64,000 nt of DNA from Candidatus Latescibacterota bacterium (lineage in GTDB: Bacteria > Latescibacterota > UBA2968): the NCBI GenBank assembly GCA_965207885.1, contig OZ242311.1:288001-352000 (forward strand), written 5' to 3'. The notes beneath the pieces are model-generated. The model had not been told where the DNA came from. It made no database searches and saw only the letters and a list, made by a program, of their open reading frames with translations. The position numbers were made by a program, and so were the translations under genes. Positions 57,516 through 64,000 of this stretch are shown here, one piece after another. The first letter of the stretch is position 1; each line of letters starts with the position of its first letter.

Positions 57516-60095
57516 TCACTTCCATCCTGTTCGCTTTTGTACCTCGCGCCATAATGCCTTCATCGTTCCGTTTTCCTCAGCCGTGTTCTCATCTCCAGTT
57601 TCACTTACTTCTTCAGATGTTGCATCCATCGCGGTTTCGCCTTCTTCTTCCTCGTCTTGATTGATCACCTGTGCCACATCAATCACCTGATCGCCGTCAT
57701 CCGGATTGATCAAACGCACGCCTTGTGCATTGCGCCCAATCACGCTCACGTCCGCTACTTTCTGTCGGATCAAGATGCCATTCTGCGTCACAATCACCAT
57801 ATCGTCGCGGCTGTCTTCCATCACGCCCATCATCGATACCACAGGACCATTGCGATCTGTGGTCTTGATGTTGATCACGCCTTTTACACCCCGGTTTGTC
57901 AGGCGATAATCCGAAACCGGCGTGCGCTTGCCATATCCATTGGCACATACCGTCAATAAATGAGACTGCTCTAACTCTTCAGGTCTAACGACGACCATGC
58001 CTACCACGACATCATCGCCTTGCAAGGACACGCCGCGCACGCCCTGTGAGTTGCGCCCCATAGCCCGCACTTTGTTTTCGTCAAAGTACACAGCTTGTCC
58101 GTTCTTTGTGGCAATGATAACCTGGTCGTCACCCCCTGTAACCGCGGCTTTGATTAGCTGATCGTCTTCCCGGACATTCATCGCAATAATGCCACCCTTG
58201 CGCGGGCGACTATAAGCCGATAGCGCGGTCTTTTTTGTTAGCCCCTTTTGGGTTATAGACAGCAGATAGCGATCTTCATCAAATTCGCGCACTGGCACGA
58301 CCTCGGCGACCTTATGCCCAAAGGGGATATCCACGACATTGACAATGGGCCGACCGCGCGCTTGACGCGTACCCCGCGGAATTTCATGCACTTTTAGCCA
58401 CACACAGTGTCCGCGGTCTGTCAATACAAGGATATAACTGTGCGTGGAAGCCACGAATAAGCTTTCTACAAAATCTTCATCTTTTGTTCGCATACCCGTG
58501 ATCCCGCGTCCGCCCCGGTTTTGTGCGCGATAGGTGGATACTGGAATGCGTTTGATGTATCCATTGTGAGAAATTGTAATGACCATATCTTCTTCGTGGA
58601 TCAAATCTTCAATACTGAACTCAGAGGCCGCGAACACGATTTCTGACCGCCGATCGTCGCCGTATTTTTCGCGCATCACACCCAATTCGTCTTTGACTAT
58701 TTGCATGCGCGATTCTCGGTTGTCCAGAATAGAGCGCAATCGTTCAATCTCCTGCACCAGGTCGGAGTATTCGTCTTCTATCTTTTGTTGCTCCATGTTG
58801 GTCAATCGCTGCAATGTCATGGACAAAATGGCCTGTGTCTGGCGTTCAGATAATTCGAGTTGTGCCGTTAACGCGCGCCGCGCTTCATTGGGATCTGCTG
58901 AGCCGCGGATAATGCGGATTACTTCGTCGATGTTGTCCTGCGCGATTATCAATCCTTCCAAAATATGTGCGCGATCTTCAGCGACTCGCAGTTCGTATTC
59001 CGTGCGTCGCTTTACGACATCGTGGCGGTGGTCGATATAGCACTGTAACATGTGTTTCAAGGTCACTTGTTGCGGCCGGCCGTTGACCAGCGCAACCATA
59101 TTGGCCGCAAATGTCGATTCCAATTGGGTATTTTTGTAGAGTTGGTTCAAGATCACGTCCCCGACCACATCGCGTTTGAGTTCCACCACGATGCGCAGCC
59201 CATCGCGGTCGGATTCATCCTGAATATTTGAAATCCCTTCAATGCGTTTTTCGCGCACCAGATCCGCCATTTTTTCCAATAGCGTTGTCTTGTTTACCAT
59301 ATAGGGGATTTCTGTGATGATAATGGTTTCTCGACCAGTTTTGTCTTCTTCTATATCGGCTTTTGCCCGGATCCGCAGATGTCCGCGTCCCGTCTGATAG
59401 GCGTCTAAAACGCCACCTATACCATAAATGATGCCACCGGTTGGAAAGTCGGGTGCTTTGACATATTCCATCAATTCAGCGATATCCAATTCGGGATTGT
59501 CGATCAATGCGACAAGGCCATCGGCGACCTCCTGCAAATTGTGCGGCGGAATTGCCGTGGCCATTGTGGTGGCAATTCCCACAGCGCCGTTGCAAATCAT
59601 GTTTGGAAACGCAGAAGGCAATACCTGGGGCTCTTCCAGGCGCTCGTCGTAGTTGGGGCGATAATCAACGGTCTCTTTCTCGAGATCGTTCAACATTTCT
59701 TGCCCCGGTCCGGCCATACGCGCTTCTGTGTAGCGCATTGCAGCGGGTGGATACCCGTCGATGGAGCCAAAATTACCCTGTCCATCTACCAGTGGATAAC
59801 GCAACTTAAAATCCTGCGCCAGATGCACCAGCGTTGGATAGACAATGTCTTCACCGTGCGGATGATAATTGCCCGAGGCATGACCGGCAATATGAGCGCA
59901 TTTTCGATGCTGTCGGTTTGCGCCCAGGCCGAGGTCATTCATCGCCACCAAAATGCGTCTTTGCGATGGCTTCATCCCATCGCGCACATCCGGCAATGCG
60001 CGATTGACCAGTGTGCTCATCGAATAATCGAGCATGGACTTCTTCAACTCATCGCCAATTTCAACAGGGATCACCCGTGATCGTTCTATCATCAT
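57516..60095 (-). CDS. gyrA: DNA gyrase subunit A
   Basis: RALPDVRDG.KP, HPHG, AAMRYTEA, GyrA-box QNRGGRG, beta-pinwheel CTD, acidic tail. Confidence 0.97.
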   Translation of the reverse strand: MMIERSRVIPVEIGDELKKSMLDYSMSTLVNRALPDVRDGMKPSQRRILVAMNDLGLGANRQHRKCAHIAGHASGNYHPHGEDIVYPTLVHLAQDFKLRYPLVDGQGNFGSIDGYPPAAMRYTEARMAGPGQEMLNDLEKETVDYRPNYDERLEEPQVLPSAFPNMICNGAVGIATTMATAIPPHNLQEVADGLVALIDNPELDIAELMEYVKAPDFPTGGIIYGIGGVLDAYQTGRGHLRIRAKADIEEDKTGRETIIITEIPYMVNKTTLLEKMADLVREKRIEGISNIQDESDRDGLRIVVELKRDVVGDVILNQLYKNTQLESTFAANMVALVNGRPQQVTLKHMLQCYIDHRHDVVKRRTEYELRVAEDRAHILEGLIIAQDNIDEVIRIIRGSADPNEARRALTAQLELSERQTQAILSMTLQRLTNMEQQKIEDEYSDLVQEIERLRSILDNRESRMQIVKDELGVMREKYGDDRRSEIVFAASEFSIEDLIHEEDMVITISHNGYIKRIPVSTYRAQNRGGRGITGMRTKDEDFVESLFVASTHSYILVLTDRGHCVWLKVHEIPRGTRQARGRPIVNVVDIPFGHKVAEVVPVREFDEDRYLLSITQKGLTKKTALSAYSRPRKGGIIAMNVREDDQLIKAAVTGGDDQVIIATKNGQAVYFDENKVRAMGRNSQGVRGVSLQGDDVVVGMVVVRPEELEQSHLLTVCANGYGKRTPVSDYRLTNRGVKGVINIKTTDRNGPVVSMMGVMEDSRDDMVIVTQNGILIRQKVADVSVIGRNAQGVRLINPDDGDQVIDVAQVINQDEEEEGETAMDATSEEVSETGDENTAEENGTMKALWREVQKRTGWK

Positions 60096-60113
60096 TGTCT
60101 CATCGTCTCCTTT

Positions 60114-62075
<1,962 letters not shown>

Positions 62076-62191
62076 TCAGCGAATAGACGAATCCCGCCCC
62101 GCCACCCAACTGCTATCGTTGATGAACTGGCCTGGGAACTGGCGCAGTTGTACATCACTCGTTGTGTACCATGAATTTTTGGGACATTTAC

Positions 62192-62545
62192 CTATTGTAA
62201 CCGAATTTTTTTTACCACATCACCGCCAACTTCGCGGTTCAAATTTTGACGTATTGTCTCGCATTGAAAGGTCAACCAATGCCGCCATGTGGGATTTTGT
62301 ACTGAGACAGATAACTGCCCCCATCGAAAGCTGTTAACTTGCGTTACCGCAGCAATATCTTTCCCCACAATTTTTTCCCACAATGACAACACGCGCTGTT
62401 CTCTCAATTTTTCCGCAAGTCCCAGGCTATCCACCACCTGGCGAATGGCATCACCTGCGGAAACCGGGTCAGATGTCCCACCAGTCCGATACCTGTAAAC
62501 ACCGCTCTTGCGTCTGTCTGTCTCGGCATCCATAGTATTATTCAC
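62192..62545 (-). CDS. DUF721 / DciA family protein
   Basis: W..IVG..IA..T......G.L.V.V....W...L; position between recF and gyrB. Confidence 0.8.
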   Translation of the reverse strand: MNNTMDAETDRRKSGVYRYRTGGTSDPVSAGDAIRQVVDSLGLAEKLREQRVLSLWEKIVGKDIAAVTQVNSFRWGQLSVSVQNPTWRHWLTFQCETIRQNLNREVGGDVVKKIRLQ

Positions 62546-63627
62546 AATTTCAACAGCCGAAATCCGTGTTCTTCAAAATCCAAATCCGGATCGCGTGCTG
62601 AGGTTACGACCACCTGCCCAAAATCGGGAATCAGGTTCAATACGGCTTTTGCCCGTTTGGGATCGAGTTCTGAAAACACATCGTCCATCAGCAAGACAGG
62701 GCGCCACCCGGTCTGTTGTTCTAAAAATGTGGCTTCGGCCAGTTTCCAGGAGATCAGAACGGTTTTCAGTTGGCCCTGGGACGCGAATTGATGTACAGCT
62801 TTGCCGTCAAGTGTAAAAATCAGATTGTCGCGATGTGGTCCCGTAAGTGTATATCGCAGTTCGACTTCCTGTGGCAACCGGGTCGTCAGCGCGTCGAAGA
62901 GTATTTCCCTACCCTGATCGCGCGTTTCCAGGGATATGGGACTGCGGTAATTCGCTTTCATTTTTTCTGCTGTGGGCGCGATGGTCCGATAGTATTCAGA
63001 TAGAAGATGTTGTATATCATTCAGCGCTTCGAGACGGCGAGATATTATGCGAGCACCTAAATTGGATAATTGCTCATTCCACGGTTCAACTTGTTCGGGA
63101 TGTGATAAAAGTGCTGAACGGCGGTCTTTTAACAACCGATTGCGCTGTGCCAACACGCGCTGATACCCTTCCAAATCAGACAAATAGGACGCGCTTGATT
63201 GCGAAACGAGAATATCTAAAATGCGGCGGCGCTGAGCCGGTTCGCGCAATACGAGATCTACATCTTCGGGAGAAAATAAAACAGCGTTGAATGCGCCAAT
63301 GAGGTCCGAAAGGCGGGGAAGAGAGGTCTCTGCAACAGAGGCTTGTTTTTTGCCAATAAGGGGATCGTAGGCAATGCGAATGGGGAAGGAACGATCTTCG
63401 CGCTCAATCTGGGCTTCGATCACAAAATAGTTAGCACCCCACCTGAGCACATCCCGATCTCTGGCACCACGACCCGATTTGGCCAGTGCCAAAAAATACA
63501 ACGCTTCTAAAACATTTGATTTGCCGCGGGCATTATCTGCCCAAATTGCCGTTTTTGCCTGATCAAATGTAAATTCAGCATGCTCAAAGTTTCGAAAATT
63601 GGTGAGTTTAAGTGAGGAGACATACAT
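62542..63627 (-). CDS. recF: DNA replication/repair protein RecF
   Basis: L.NFRN, N..GKSNVLEA, F.PED, GPHRD, SQGQ, LLMDDVFSELD. Confidence 0.95.
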   Translation of the reverse strand: MYVSSLKLTNFRNFEHAEFTFDQAKTAIWADNARGKSNVLEALYFLALAKSGRGARDRDVLRWGANYFVIEAQIEREDRSFPIRIAYDPLIGKKQASVAETSLPRLSDLIGAFNAVLFSPEDVDLVLREPAQRRRILDILVSQSSASYLSDLEGYQRVLAQRNRLLKDRRSALLSHPEQVEPWNEQLSNLGARIISRRLEALNDIQHLLSEYYRTIAPTAEKMKANYRSPISLETRDQGREILFDALTTRLPQEVELRYTLTGPHRDNLIFTLDGKAVHQFASQGQLKTVLISWKLAEATFLEQQTGWRPVLLMDDVFSELDPKRAKAVLNLIPDFGQVVVTSARDPDLDFEEHGFRLLKL

Positions 63628-64000
63628 CAGTCATTGAGCCGCAAGGGCATAAGGAGACATAGATAGTCTTCGCCTTCGAGTTGTTCACCAGGCCTGATGA
63701 TTCCCGCGGCAACAGCACTGTCGAGTTCAAAGAGGATTTCGTCACAGTTAATGCGCCGGAGCACGTCTTGTAGATAGCCGGAATTATATCCAATAGTCAT
63801 TTCATCTTCATCGTATTCAACGCCCATAGATTCGCGTGCTTCGCCTCCTATTTCCTGGCTGGTCGCTGATAATGCGAGTTCATCCTTTTTGAGTTCGAGC
63901 CGCAATTGATGGGTCTGCGCACTTGCCAGAATGGAGACGCGCCGCACCGCAGGCAGCAATTGGCTGTTCGAAACGCGAAGGCGCTTACCGTTGTTTTGGG
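63627..64000 (-). CDS. dnaN: DNA polymerase III beta clamp, C-terminal part
   Basis: GEARE, IGYNSGYL.D.L, C-terminal LLMPLRL; upstream of recF. Confidence 0.93.
   Translation of the reverse strand, partial: QNNGKRLRVSNSQLLPAVRRVSILASAQTHQLRLELKKDELALSATSQEIGGEARESMGVEYDEDEMTIGYNSGYLQDVLRRINCDEILFELDSAVAAGIIRPGEQLEGEDYLCLLMPLRLND

Overview
Origin-proximal chromosomal region of a moderately GC-rich bacterium. Its gene content (six sulfatase-family genes, several PhyH dioxygenases, DUF6785 transporters, a GWxTD protein) resembles marine or sponge-associated FCB-group lineages such as Latescibacterota or Gemmatimonadota; this taxonomy is inferred, not established. The core block is rsmG-mnmE-yidC-rnpA-rpmH <> dnaA-oriC, with two parS sites. 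dnaN-recF-dciA-gyrB-gyrA sits 12-19 kb away and converges on dnaA. A second DnaA-box/IHF cluster lies about 10 kb from oriC. Accessory content includes a collapsed IS200/IS605 element that keeps both ends and a TnpB omega-RNA scaffold, and a 2.77-kb IS1-family cargo element joining two truncated genes. That element carries a small basic protein and three promoter-driven, ORF-less structured RNA candidates. Other highlights: a GyrA C-gate-like module inserted in an S41 protease, a dispersed TACAACT..CAGTTC motif beside parS, ctpA and gyrB, an XRE-associated sRNA candidate with C-rich loops, Thr-type sulfatase-like enzymes and an HxA PhyH enzyme. All calls come from reading the sequence by eye; no searches or folding programs were run.
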